From NCBI GenBank assembly GCA_041662565.1, contig JBAZSE010000001.1, positions 193,084 through 257,083 of the forward strand: DNA of 64,000 nt, given 5' to 3'. A program made the position numbers and the translations under genes. This document shows, one piece after another, positions 1-9,316 of this stretch. The stretch comes from Patescibacteria group bacterium (GTDB taxonomy: Bacteria > Patescibacteriota > Patescibacteriia > UBA1558 > UBA10009). Within the stretch, counting starts at the first letter, position 1, and every line of letters begins with the position of its first letter. The notes under the pieces were generated by a model. It did not search any database and was not told the DNA's origin. It saw only the letters and a program-made list of their open reading frames with translations.

Positions 1-29
1 CCAAATTTTTTGCTGCCAGCTCTCTTAAC

Positions 30-473
30 TTGCCTGCATTTAACGTTAACAGCATAAATCCGGCGGATTTAAATAAACAATATCAAGAAGATGTTCTTAA
101 TCCTTTAAATGACAATCAACCATCGGATAACAATGCCAATGCTAATGCAGATAACGGCAATGTTAATGATCAGGCGATTTTACCCGAAGTTCCTGGGCAA
201 GTTGAAACTGATTTAAACAACAATGTTAATGCGCCGGCTATTTTGGATTCCGATAAGGATGGTTTAGATGATGAAGAAGAGGCAACTTTAAGCACTAATC
301 CTAATGAACCGGATTCCGATGGCGACGGTTTATTTGACCGTGAAGAAGTTAAAGTGTACTTAACCGATCCGTTAAATCCTGATTCCGATGGCGATGGCTA
401 TTTGGACGGTGCCGAAGTCAAGGGCGGTTATAATCCCAAGGGAGCTGGTAAACTTTTAGATACTAATTTTTAA
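30..473 (+). CDS. Secreted or surface protein fragment with thrombospondin type-3-like Ca-binding repeats (DxDxDGxxDxxE, three or more copies); probably continues upstream of the window
   Basis: Repeats DSDKDGLDDEEE, DSDGDGLFDREE and DSDGDGYLDGAE read directly from the translation; N-rich low-complexity linker. Confidence 0.5.
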   Translation: MPAFNVNSINPADLNKQYQEDVLNPLNDNQPSDNNANANADNGNVNDQAILPEVPGQVETDLNNNVNAPAILDSDKDGLDDEEEATLSTNPNEPDSDGDGLFDREEVKVYLTDPLNPDSDGDGYLDGAEVKGGYNPKGAGKLLDTNF

Positions 474-481
474 TTTATTTC

Positions 482-1804
482 ATGTTTACTCCCACCAATA
501 ACCAAGAACAATTTTCCGCCAATTCGGGCCAAGGTAAAGAACCTGTGCAGGATAATGCCGACGAACAATTGGATGTTCATACCATGCCCGAAAAGTTTTT
601 CCAGTCAACTATGACCCCTCCCGAGCATAAGCAGTTGAACTGGGTAATTTTAGGCGTAATTGTTTTTTTGGTTTTAGGCGGAATTATTGCCGGAGTTTTG
701 TATTTTATCAATCAACAGGCAGTACCTACGGTGACAGAATTGCCTCAACAGCCGGCAAATAATAATGCCAATCAACTTTTGGAAAATGAAAACGCCAATC
801 TTAATGCCAATGATAACCAAAATCAAAATGTTAATTCGGGCGATATTTTGGCTACGCCCTCAGCTAGAGATGCACAGCGTTTAACGGATATTAGCGCCTT
901 AAGGAGCGCCTTGGCTTTATCTGCCGGTACCCTGCAAATTTACCCTAATTCTTTAGCTAGTTTGGTAGGTCCAATTTTAAAGGAGCTACCTTTAAATCCC
1001 AGTGCTGTTGGCGAAAGCGTGCCTTATATTTATCTGGTGAGCGAGGATAAAGCAGATTATGAAATAAGTTTTTCTTTAGAACAAGGCGGCGAGTGGGGTA
1101 TTGTTAAATTGCCTCAAGGCGATTATTTAGCCACTGCTTCAGGTATTATTCCGGCAAGTTCTGGCAATAATTCCGAGCAAGGCAATGGCAATGAAAATAC
1201 CAATTCCGGTTTGCCGGAAGTTCCTTCAACTCCGGTGGTGCCCAGCAAGGGCTTGGATAGCGATGGCGATCAGTTAACCGATATTGAAGAAAATCTTTAT
1301 CAAACAAATCCTGCCTTGGCCGATACGGATGCCGATGACTTTACCGATGCGGCGGAAATTTTAAGTTTATATGATCCCATTAAATCCAAAGCCCGATTGG
1401 TTGATTCCGGCTTAGTTGGTATTTACCAAAATCCCACTTATGGTTCCTCGGTTTTTTATCCCAAGTCGTGGTCTGTTCGGTCTTTAAACCCTACTAATAG
1501 CGAGGTTATTTTTACTTCCAATACCGGAGAATTTATTGAAACCATTGTTCAACCCAACGCCTTGGGAGTTTCGGCCCGCAATTGGTATTTGGATAAAAAT
1601 AAAACTGCGGATCCGGCATCGCTAAAAAATGTGGTAGTGGGCGGTTTGCCGGCAATTCAAACTGCCGACGGTTTAACAACCTATTTGGCCGTTGGCTCCA
1701 ATGTTTACATTTTGTCTTATGATATCGGCAACCAACAACAGATGAATTTTTACGCCACCTATGAATTATTTTTAAAGAGCTTTATTTTTCTCCAAGGTGT
1801 TTAG
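482..1804 (+). CDS. Membrane-anchored N-rich hypothetical protein with two TSP3-like Asp repeats
   Basis: Single N-terminal TM helix (LNWVILGVIVFLVLGGIIAGVLYF); DSDGDQLTDIEE and DTDADDFTDAAE repeats; no recognisable catalytic motif. Confidence 0.45.
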   Translation: MFTPTNNQEQFSANSGQGKEPVQDNADEQLDVHTMPEKFFQSTMTPPEHKQLNWVILGVIVFLVLGGIIAGVLYFINQQAVPTVTELPQQPANNNANQLLENENANLNANDNQNQNVNSGDILATPSARDAQRLTDISALRSALALSAGTLQIYPNSLASLVGPILKELPLNPSAVGESVPYIYLVSEDKADYEISFSLEQGGEWGIVKLPQGDYLATASGIIPASSGNNSEQGNGNENTNSGLPEVPSTPVVPSKGLDSDGDQLTDIEENLYQTNPALADTDADDFTDAAEILSLYDPIKSKARLVDSGLVGIYQNPTYGSSVFYPKSWSVRSLNPTNSEVIFTSNTGEFIETIVQPNALGVSARNWYLDKNKTADPASLKNVVVGGLPAIQTADGLTTYLAVGSNVYILSYDIGNQQQMNFYATYELFLKSFIFLQGV

Positions 1805-1820
1805 CCTACATTAATAATTT

Positions 1821-2222
1821 ATGTTCAGTTTGGAATTTAACAATCTTATTAAAGCGCCTCAAAATTACGGGGCTCTTTTTAATAAGTTAGGACAGCAAAC
1901 AATCAAGAATTTGGGCATTAAAAACCTGGCTGTTTCGGCCGCTTTAATCAGCCCTCAGGAAATTCAGGAATTTAATAAAATTTATCGCCATAAAAACAAG
2001 GTCACCGATGTTTTATCTTTTGAGGAAGTTAATGAAGTGGTGATTTGTTACGCCAAAGCCAAAGAGCAAGCCAAAGAACATGGTCATTCTCTTAAAAAAG
2101 AGCTAGCGATTTTATTTGTCCACGGTCTTTTGCATGTTTTGGGCTACGAAGATAAAACCCTACGGGGAGCTAGAGAAATGGATGAGTTGGGAGCCCGAAT
2201 AATCAGCAAGTATCGTTTATAA
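1821..2222 (+). CDS. ybeY: rRNA maturation endoribonuclease YbeY
   Basis: HGLLHVLGYEDKT matches the YbeY HxxxHxxGxxH zinc motif; size about 130 aa. Confidence 0.75.
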   Translation: MFSLEFNNLIKAPQNYGALFNKLGQQTIKNLGIKNLAVSAALISPQEIQEFNKIYRHKNKVTDVLSFEEVNEVVICYAKAKEQAKEHGHSLKKELAILFVHGLLHVLGYEDKTLRGAREMDELGARIISKYRL

Positions 2223-2288
2223 GGAGTGAACATCTTTTTTGTTCAAATGTGGAAAAGTTTTTTAGTTGCCTTAATTGCCTTTTTTTAT

Positions 2289-2294
2289 TATAAT
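2289..2294 (+). promoter_or_regulatory. TATAAT -10 box of a candidate ftsA-ftsZ promoter
   Basis: ttattaTAATtag just upstream of the 44-bp palindrome; no SD before ftsA. Confidence 0.35.
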
Positions 2295-2307
2295 TAGTAG
2301 TGAGGAA

Positions 2308-2351
2308 GAAATGTTGTAGTGACAATTCATGAATTGTCACTACAACATTTC
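2308..2351 (+). promoter_or_regulatory. 44-bp perfect palindrome (22-bp arms, no spacer) in the ftsA leader
   Basis: gaaatgttgtagtgacaattca / tgaattgtcactacaacatttc are exact reverse complements. Confidence 0.7.
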
Positions 2352-2447
2352 GACCGAACGCCCTAATTACACACAGTATAATTAGTACTGATAGACAGAA
2401 AAAGTTATATCGCTTTTATTCAATTTTACTAACATAAATCATCAGTC

Positions 2448-3695
2448 ATGACTCAAGCTCAAATTATTACCGGTTTGGATATTGGTTCCAGCAACATTAG
2501 GGCCGTTGTTTTGCAGCAAACCCACGAAGGCGGTTGGCAAATTATTGGTGCCAGCGAACGCTTGGCCGAAGGCGTGGCCAAAGGCATGGTTACCAATATT
2601 GAAGATCTGGTTTCATCCATTTCCGAATGTTTGGAGCAGGCCGAAAGAATGACCGGATTACCAATCGAAAGAGCGGTCGTGGGCATGAATGGCACGCATA
2701 TTAAAACTTTGGAATCAACCGGCGTAGTGGCGGTGGCTAAAGCGGATAAAGAAATAACCGAAGAAGATGTCGAACGGGCGATTGAAGCGGCTCAAGCCGT
2801 GGCCACGCCGGCCAATTACGAAATTCTCCACGTTATTCCCAAGGACTTTACCATAGATGGCCAATCGGGCGTTAAAGATCCGGTAGGCATGACCGGCATT
2901 CGGCTGGAAGTGGCAACCCAAATTATTATGGGTTTATCTTCGCAGGTTAAAAATTTAACCAAATGTATCTACCGCACAGGGGTAGATATCAATGATGTGG
3001 TTTTTGGCGTATTGGCGGCAAGTGAAAGTACTTTGGTTAAAAAACAAAAAGAATTGGGCGTGGCTTTAGTTAATTTAGGCGCCCAAACAACAAGCTTGAT
3101 TGTTTATGAAGAAGGAGATGTTTTACATACTGCCGTACTGCCCATTGGCAGTAACCATATTACTGCCGATATTGCCATCGGTTTAAGGATTTCTATGGAA
3201 ACCGCCGAGGCCTTAAAACTAGAAATTGCCCAGGCCGATAGCTCCAAGGTTAATAAAAGAGATGAAATTGATTTGGCCAGATTTTCGGTCAACGAAAAAG
3301 AAAGAACAATGGTTTACGTTAAACAGATTGCCGAAATCGTTCAGGCCAGGGTAGAAGAAATTTTCAGTTTGATTGATAAGGAATTAAAAAAAATCAACCG
3401 TTCCGGTTTATTGCCCTCGGGCGTTGTTTTAACCGGGGGCGGGGCCAAGCTTCCCGGAATTTTAGAGCTAGGCAAAGAAAAATTAAAGTTGCCGGTGTTT
3501 GCCGGTTTTCCCTTGGGTTTGGAAAATAATGCCATTGATAAAGTTAATGATCCCAGTTATGCCACGGCTTTGGGCTTGGCTATTTGGGGAACTCAAGGGG
3601 CAGCTGCCAAACACGGTCTGCATTTGCCCTCTTTTTCTTCGGTTGATCAGGTTGTAGGAAAAATGAAAGATTGGTTTAAATCATTATTGCCTTAA
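2448..3695 (+). CDS. ftsA: Cell division protein FtsA
   Basis: ITGLDIGSSNIRAVV actin-fold N-terminus; 415 aa; immediately upstream of ftsZ. Confidence 0.9.
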   Translation: MTQAQIITGLDIGSSNIRAVVLQQTHEGGWQIIGASERLAEGVAKGMVTNIEDLVSSISECLEQAERMTGLPIERAVVGMNGTHIKTLESTGVVAVAKADKEITEEDVERAIEAAQAVATPANYEILHVIPKDFTIDGQSGVKDPVGMTGIRLEVATQIIMGLSSQVKNLTKCIYRTGVDINDVVFGVLAASESTLVKKQKELGVALVNLGAQTTSLIVYEEGDVLHTAVLPIGSNHITADIAIGLRISMETAEALKLEIAQADSSKVNKRDEIDLARFSVNEKERTMVYVKQIAEIVQARVEEIFSLIDKELKKINRSGLLPSGVVLTGGGAKLPGILELGKEKLKLPVFAGFPLGLENNAIDKVNDPSYATALGLAIWGTQGAAAKHGLHLPSFSSVDQVVGKMKDWFKSLLP

Positions 3696-3731
3696 CTCAT
3701 TAAATTTACCAAATTTTAATATCACAATATC

Positions 3732-4934
3732 ATGTCTATAAATGTCAAAGTCAAACCGATGGAAGTTAAGCCGGAAATGGAAACTTTCGCCAAAATTAAA
3801 GTTTTTGGCGTAGGTGGGTCCGGCGGTTCGGCCATTAATCGAATGATAAAATCCAAAATCAGAGGTGTGGATTTTATTGCGGTTAATACCGATGCCCAGG
3901 CCTTAAACAGTAATGCGGCGCCAAAAAAAGTCCATATCGGCAAAGGCACAACACGGGGTTTGGGCGCAGGCATGGATCCGGAAACCGGGGCTCAAGCGGC
4001 CGAAGAAGATGAAGATGAAATCAGATCGGCCATTCAGGGCGCTGATATGGTTTTTATCACTTGCGGTCTTGGTGGAGGCACTGGCACCGGTGCGGCGCCG
4101 ATTATTGCGGCCGCGGCCAGAGAGCTTGGTGCTTTAACCATTGCGGTAGTTACCAGGCCTTTTAGTTTTGAAGGCGCCCAGCGCCGGAGCATTGCCGAAA
4201 GGGGTTTGGATAAGTTAATTGATAAAGTTGATACCATTATTACCATTCCCAATGACCGTTTATTGCAAGTGATTGATAAAAAAACTTCCTTATTGGATGC
4301 GTTTGCCATTGTGGATGAGGTTTTAAAACAGGGCGTGCAGGGCATTTCGGAAATTATCACCATTCCGGGTTTAGTTAATGTGGATTTTGCCGATGTTAAA
4401 GCAATTATGAAAGATGCCGGCAGCGCTTTAATGGGCATTGGTCGCTCCAGCGGTGAAAATCGGGCAGTAGAAGCGGCCAGAGCCGCTATTGAAAGTCCGC
4501 TTTTGGAACTTTCCATCAAAGGCGCTAAAGGAGTATTGTTTACCATTACCGGCGGAACGGATCTAACCATGCATGAAGTAAACGAAGCGGCCGAAGTTAT
4601 AACATCTTCCATCGATTCCAATGCCAAAGTAATTTTTGGCGCCGTGATTGATGAATCTTTGAATTCGGAAGTGAAAATTACGGTTATTGCCACCGGCTTT
4701 AGTCCAAGCAACAGGGGAGAATCCGAAGTGGAAAGAATGCAAAAAGAAGATCGGCCTTTTACCGTTGTCCAGCCCGTTAACCAGCAATTGGAAGAAAGGC
4801 AGAATTTAGCGGCCAAAAATATTTTTTCCAAAAAGGGCAAAACCATAGAGCATAAACTGGAAGTGCCGGTTAAATCCAAAGAAGAAGAAGAATTGGAAGT
4901 TCCGGCTTTTATCAGAAGAAAGATGGGTAAATAA
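3732..4934 (+). CDS. ftsZ: Cell division GTPase FtsZ
   Basis: GGGTGTGAAPIIA tubulin signature; NTDAQAL; 400 aa. Confidence 0.95.
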   Translation: MSINVKVKPMEVKPEMETFAKIKVFGVGGSGGSAINRMIKSKIRGVDFIAVNTDAQALNSNAAPKKVHIGKGTTRGLGAGMDPETGAQAAEEDEDEIRSAIQGADMVFITCGLGGGTGTGAAPIIAAAARELGALTIAVVTRPFSFEGAQRRSIAERGLDKLIDKVDTIITIPNDRLLQVIDKKTSLLDAFAIVDEVLKQGVQGISEIITIPGLVNVDFADVKAIMKDAGSALMGIGRSSGENRAVEAARAAIESPLLELSIKGAKGVLFTITGGTDLTMHEVNEAAEVITSSIDSNAKVIFGAVIDESLNSEVKITVIATGFSPSNRGESEVERMQKEDRPFTVVQPVNQQLEERQNLAAKNIFSKKGKTIEHKLEVPVKSKEEEELEVPAFIRRKMGK

Positions 4935-4942
4935 TTTAACCT

Positions 4943-5422
4943 ATGCGTTGCCCGGTTTGTTTAACTCAAGATACTAAGGTAACCGATTCCCGGTTGGCGG
5001 AAGAAGCTTTTGTTATTAAAAGGCGTCGGGAATGTTATAGATGTGGCTTTAGATTTTCCACCTATGAACAGATGGAAATCCTTAACTTAACGGTAGTTAA
5101 AAGAACGGGCAACAAAGAGCCCTACTTGCGTGAAAAATTGGAATCAGGTTTAAAAAAATCTTTGGAAAAAAGGCCCTACACCCAGGATAATTTTAAAAAA
5201 TTAGTTAGCACCATTGAGCGCGATATCCAAAAAAGAAAGCAAGATGAAATTACCACTTCGGAAATCGGCGAAATAGTCATGAAACGGCTGAAACTTTTCG
5301 ATAAAGTGGCTTACATCAGGTTTGCTTCCGTTTACCGAGCCTTTGAGGATGTAAAAACTTTTCAAAAGGAATTAAACAGCTTACTAAAATCTCCAGCGGC
5401 TTTAAAAAGCAAGAAAAGATAA
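4943..5422 (+). CDS. nrdR: Transcriptional repressor NrdR (zinc ribbon plus ATP-cone)
   Basis: MRCPVCLTQDTKVTDSR...CYRCGFRF zinc ribbon followed by an ATP-cone; 159 aa. Confidence 0.9.
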   Translation: MRCPVCLTQDTKVTDSRLAEEAFVIKRRRECYRCGFRFSTYEQMEILNLTVVKRTGNKEPYLREKLESGLKKSLEKRPYTQDNFKKLVSTIERDIQKRKQDEITTSEIGEIVMKRLKLFDKVAYIRFASVYRAFEDVKTFQKELNSLLKSPAALKSKKR

Positions 5423-5428
5423 TTTGCC

Positions 5429-5911
5429 ATGTTAGAACGTTTTAATACAACTACCAGATTGATTATTGCCGTTTCTTTGGCAGTGGTTATTTGGATTGCC
5501 GGCGTTTTAGTTGGCCAGGAACAAACCGTGACCATTTTAAATCCGCAAGGCGGTTTGAACCAGATTATTAACCGCCAAGTAAATATTAAAGTCAGTTTAA
5601 TGTTGGATTTTGGCGAAGGTAAAATAATTGTTTATCCCGAAACTCAAGTTAAGTATGGCCAAACAGTTTTAAACTTATTGCAAAAAATCAGCCAAGAAGA
5701 TAAAAGCGGGCTAAAGCTGGTATATGATTTGGATGCTAAAACAGGTGAATTGAAAAAGTTTTCTTTGCAGGGTATATCCGGCAATTTAACCGGCCGACAA
5801 TGGTTGGTTTGGCTTAATAACCAATTGCAAACCCAGCCCATAAATTCCATTAAACTCAAGAGCAAGGATATTATTGAGTTAAAATACGTAAAATTAATTT
5901 CCAACCCATGA
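5429..5911 (+). CDS. Hypothetical signal-anchored protein
   Basis: N-terminal TM helix; no motif recognised. Confidence 0.35.
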   Translation: MLERFNTTTRLIIAVSLAVVIWIAGVLVGQEQTVTILNPQGGLNQIINRQVNIKVSLMLDFGEGKIIVYPETQVKYGQTVLNLLQKISQEDKSGLKLVYDLDAKTGELKKFSLQGISGNLTGRQWLVWLNNQLQTQPINSIKLKSKDIIELKYVKLISNP

Positions 5912-6282
5912 CCAACTTTAACGCTGCTCCCATCGAAGAACAGGTTAAAAATTTATTGGAACAGAATCTGGCTTATTCCAAGCAGATTTATTTAATCTCC
6001 AAAAAACTCAAGGCCTATATGCTTTTGGGTAGGATTATGAGCACCATCAGCATTTTGTTTGTGGTCGGACCTTTAATTTTAGGCCTGGTTTATTGGCAGG
6101 ATATCATGGGTTATGTTACCAGCGCCGTAATGCCGGTGGGTTTAGGGCAGGAGCAGGGGGCCTTGAATAATTTATTACCTGGCGGTAAAATTAATCAGCA
6201 GGATCTTTTAAAAGCCATTAATGATCAGGGAGGAATTTTTAACGCTTATAAAAATATCTTGGATTTAAACAATCAGCAGTAA
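5908..6282 (+). CDS. Hypothetical small membrane protein
   Basis: Start overlaps the upstream stop (ATGA); one TM helix. Confidence 0.3.
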   Translation: MTNFNAAPIEEQVKNLLEQNLAYSKQIYLISKKLKAYMLLGRIMSTISILFVVGPLILGLVYWQDIMGYVTSAVMPVGLGQEQGALNNLLPGGKINQQDLLKAINDQGGIFNAYKNILDLNNQQ

Positions 6283-6341
6283 ATAATTAACGACTAAACC
6301 AAACGGAGCCTAAAAAACTTTGTTTTTTAGTCAGCAAAATT

Positions 6342-7691
6342 ATGCCAATATTAGAACCAAAAAACAAAAAGTTCTCTTTTTGGCCGAAATTTTGGCCAGA
6401 ACATTTAATGCCGGTAATTTTAACCAGCTTGATCGTGGGAATTTTATCCGGCGGAGCGGCGGGGTTTTTTACCGCCACCCTTTTTTCCGGGTCTTTCAGC
6501 CAATGGTTGAGTAATCCTTTGGGTTTTAAAATCAATAATTCCAAACCCACAGGTGTTAATGAAAATAAACCGCTTGATTTTAAAATTGCCCAAAGCGAAG
6601 ATAAAAGCGAAAATGAAGAATCATCCAGCACCCAGGCCGTAGCCAAGGTTTCTCCGGCTGTGGTCAGTATTGTTATCAGTAAAGAACTTCGGCAGTATAA
6701 CAATAATTTTGGCTCGGGCCTACCTTTTCCCGATATATTTAATTTTCCGTTTGATCAGTTTTTTAACATGCCTAATATTCAGCCAGCGCCGCAGGCGCCA
6801 ACTCAACCGTCTTCCCCTTCACAAAAACAAAAAATTGGCGGAGGCACGGGTTTTATTATTACAACTAACGGTTTGATTGCAACTAACAAACACGTGGTAG
6901 AAGATGCCGAGGCTGATTATTCGGTAGTTATGTCGGACGGTAAAACCTATGATGCCAAGGTTGTGGCCAGGGATCCGCTAAATGATGTGGCTTTTATTAA
7001 GATTGAAGCAGATAATTTGCCGATTGTTACCTTGGGTGATTCTGCTAAATTAAAAATCGGTCAAACTGTTTTGGCTATCGGTTTTTCTTTGGGAGAATAC
7101 TCTAACTCAGTTACCAAAGGTATTATTTCGGGTATTAATCGGGATATAGTGGCAGGCGGTATGGGTACCAGTGAAAATTTGCAGGGCGTTATTCAAACCG
7201 ATGCCGCTATTAATCCCGGCAATTCTGGCGGCCCGCTGATTAATTTGGCGGGCGAGGTAATTGGTATTAATACGGCCATTAATCAATCAGGTCAGTTGGT
7301 GGGTTTTGCTTTGCCCATAAATAATGTTAAGCAGGTAATAGAAACGGTTAAAGCCAAGGGTAAAATTGTTAGGCCTTATTTGGGCGTAAGATATGTGCCT
7401 ATTACCGCGGACTTGGCAACAAAAAATAAATTGCCATATAAAACCGGTGTTTTAATTGTTCGCGGTCAAAATAATACCGAATTGGCAGTTGTTCCGGGTT
7501 CCCCGGCCAATAAAGCGGGTTTAGTGGAGAATGATATAATTTTGGAGATCAACGGCATTATTTTGGATCAAAACCATTTGCTGGCCGAAGAAATTACCAA
7601 ACATCAACCAGGCGATTTAATTAATCTCAAGGTGTTTCATCAAGGCAGTGAAAAAACCATTAATCTGGAATTGGCCCAATATCCCGAATAA
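6342..7691 (+). CDS. htrA: HtrA/DegP-family periplasmic serine protease with C-terminal PDZ domain
   Basis: TNKHVV catalytic His region, GNSGGPLINLAGEVIGINTA serine motif, PDZ-like C-terminus. Confidence 0.85.
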   Translation: MPILEPKNKKFSFWPKFWPEHLMPVILTSLIVGILSGGAAGFFTATLFSGSFSQWLSNPLGFKINNSKPTGVNENKPLDFKIAQSEDKSENEESSSTQAVAKVSPAVVSIVISKELRQYNNNFGSGLPFPDIFNFPFDQFFNMPNIQPAPQAPTQPSSPSQKQKIGGGTGFIITTNGLIATNKHVVEDAEADYSVVMSDGKTYDAKVVARDPLNDVAFIKIEADNLPIVTLGDSAKLKIGQTVLAIGFSLGEYSNSVTKGIISGINRDIVAGGMGTSENLQGVIQTDAAINPGNSGGPLINLAGEVIGINTAINQSGQLVGFALPINNVKQVIETVKAKGKIVRPYLGVRYVPITADLATKNKLPYKTGVLIVRGQNNTELAVVPGSPANKAGLVENDIILEINGIILDQNHLLAEEITKHQPGDLINLKVFHQGSEKTINLELAQYPE

Positions 7692-7696
7692 GCTAT

Positions 7697-9016
7697 TTAC
7701 AGATATTTGGCAATTTCCCAGGGTGTAACTTCCAATCGCGCTTCTTGGATGTCCTGTTTTGATGCGGTTATAATGGCTTTAAGGGCATGTTCTCCTAAAA
7801 GTTTGGTTAACACTTCATCACGCTCCAACTCTGCCAGGGCCTCGGTTAAAGAGCCGGGCATGGTAGTTACGCCTTTGGTTTGCCTGGCTTGATCCGTTAA
7901 TAAGTAAACATTTTCTTCAATTGGTTCCGGTACGGTTAAATTATTTTTAATGCCATCCAAACCGGCTGCCAGCATGGCCGCAAAAGCCAAATACGGATTG
8001 GTTAAAGCATCCGGGCATCTAAGCTCAATTCTAGTTGATTGCGGCCTATTGGGGCTGATTTGTGGAATTCTGATTAAGGCCGAACGGTTAATAGTGCCCC
8101 AGCAAATATTAACAGGCGCTTCATAGCCTGGCACTAAGCGTTTGTAGGAATTAACCGTAGGATTAACAATGGCTGCCAAGGCGCGGGCATGCTTAAGTTG
8201 GCCCGCTAAAAAGTTATAAGCCAAAGGCGAAAGATGATAACGGTCAGTTGGGCTGTAAAACGCGTTAGTTGAACCATTAAACAAACTTTGATGAATATGC
8301 ATGCCCGAACCGTTAATGCCCATAATGGGTTTGGGCATAAAAGTAACTTTTAAAGTTTCTTCATTGGCATAGGCCTTAAGTGCCGCTTTAACGGTTAAAA
8401 CATTATCGGCGCTTTTTAAGGCGTTATCATACATCACGTCAATTTCGTGCTGGCCCTCAGCTACTTCATGATGATATGTTTCACCTCTAATGCCGAAATT
8501 TTTTAAGGAATCCATAACCCGTCGGCAAATGCGCGAGGCCCTGCTGGTGGGCGTGTAATCAAAGTAACCTTTATGGTCATGGGGCACTAATTCGGGCAAT
8601 TTATTTTTTTCAAATAAAAAGAATTCCAATTCGGCGGCCGTATAATAATCAAAGCCCAGAGTTGTTTTGGCTTCATTTAAGATTTTTTTTAATATATACC
8701 TGGGGTCTCCGGTAAAGGGCTGGCCATCGGGCAGATAAATATCGCAAATTACCCTGGCCGCTTTAAATTCGGTATTGGTCCAAGGCAAAATGGCAAAGGT
8801 GGAAAGATCCGGCTTTAACAGCATATCGCTTTCAAAAATACGGGCGTGGCCTGTTACCGAAGATCCATCGTACCAAGCGCCGTGAGCGCAGATATCCGCA
8901 AAGCGGTAGGCCTCGGTTTCCACTACTTTAATTTTACCCATCAAATCCGAAAATTGCAGCAAAATGGTTTTAACTTCTTGGTTTTTTATCAAGTCCTGAA
9001 TTTCTTCAAGATTCAT
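7697..9016 (-). CDS. glnA: Glutamine synthetase type I
   Basis: 439 aa; N-terminal beta-grasp region, YFDYTP, NGSGMHIHQS and NPY motifs typical of GS. Confidence 0.9.
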   Translation of the reverse strand: MNLEEIQDLIKNQEVKTILLQFSDLMGKIKVVETEAYRFADICAHGAWYDGSSVTGHARIFESDMLLKPDLSTFAILPWTNTEFKAARVICDIYLPDGQPFTGDPRYILKKILNEAKTTLGFDYYTAAELEFFLFEKNKLPELVPHDHKGYFDYTPTSRASRICRRVMDSLKNFGIRGETYHHEVAEGQHEIDVMYDNALKSADNVLTVKAALKAYANEETLKVTFMPKPIMGINGSGMHIHQSLFNGSTNAFYSPTDRYHLSPLAYNFLAGQLKHARALAAIVNPTVNSYKRLVPGYEAPVNICWGTINRSALIRIPQISPNRPQSTRIELRCPDALTNPYLAFAAMLAAGLDGIKNNLTVPEPIEENVYLLTDQARQTKGVTTMPGSLTEALAELERDEVLTKLLGEHALKAIITASKQDIQEARLEVTPWEIAKYL

Positions 9017-9316
9017 ATATTTGGCCTGTTGTAATTTATTAAATCCAACGGGCGATTAATGGTTAATTGATATTTTTTTATAGTGAAAAGCTCCTCTTGT
9101 GGAGGGGCTTGAATTTTTGAGGTTTTTTATTTTTTAGACAGTAAAAAAACTCAAGCCCCTCTTGAGTTTATTATTATTTTGATTACGGAAAATTTCTTGT
9201 TTCATAAATCAATAGTATAATTTTAATCCAACTGTTTTTATCTGGCAAGCACGTGAGTTGGGGATAAATCCTTTCTAATTGCTAAAGATAGGGGTTTTTG
9301 CTACAATTTCAATATT

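Noticed and set aside
2459-4879. Antisense or overlapping ORFs inside ftsA and ftsZ (2459-2695, 2715-2921, 3104-3292, 3341-3535, 3722-3973, 3913-4137, 4034-4879 and 4563-4787 on the minus strand, among others)
   Set aside because: Each is fully embedded in a strongly supported conserved gene on the opposite strand or in another frame, has low-complexity composition and no start context. Typical shadow ORFs.
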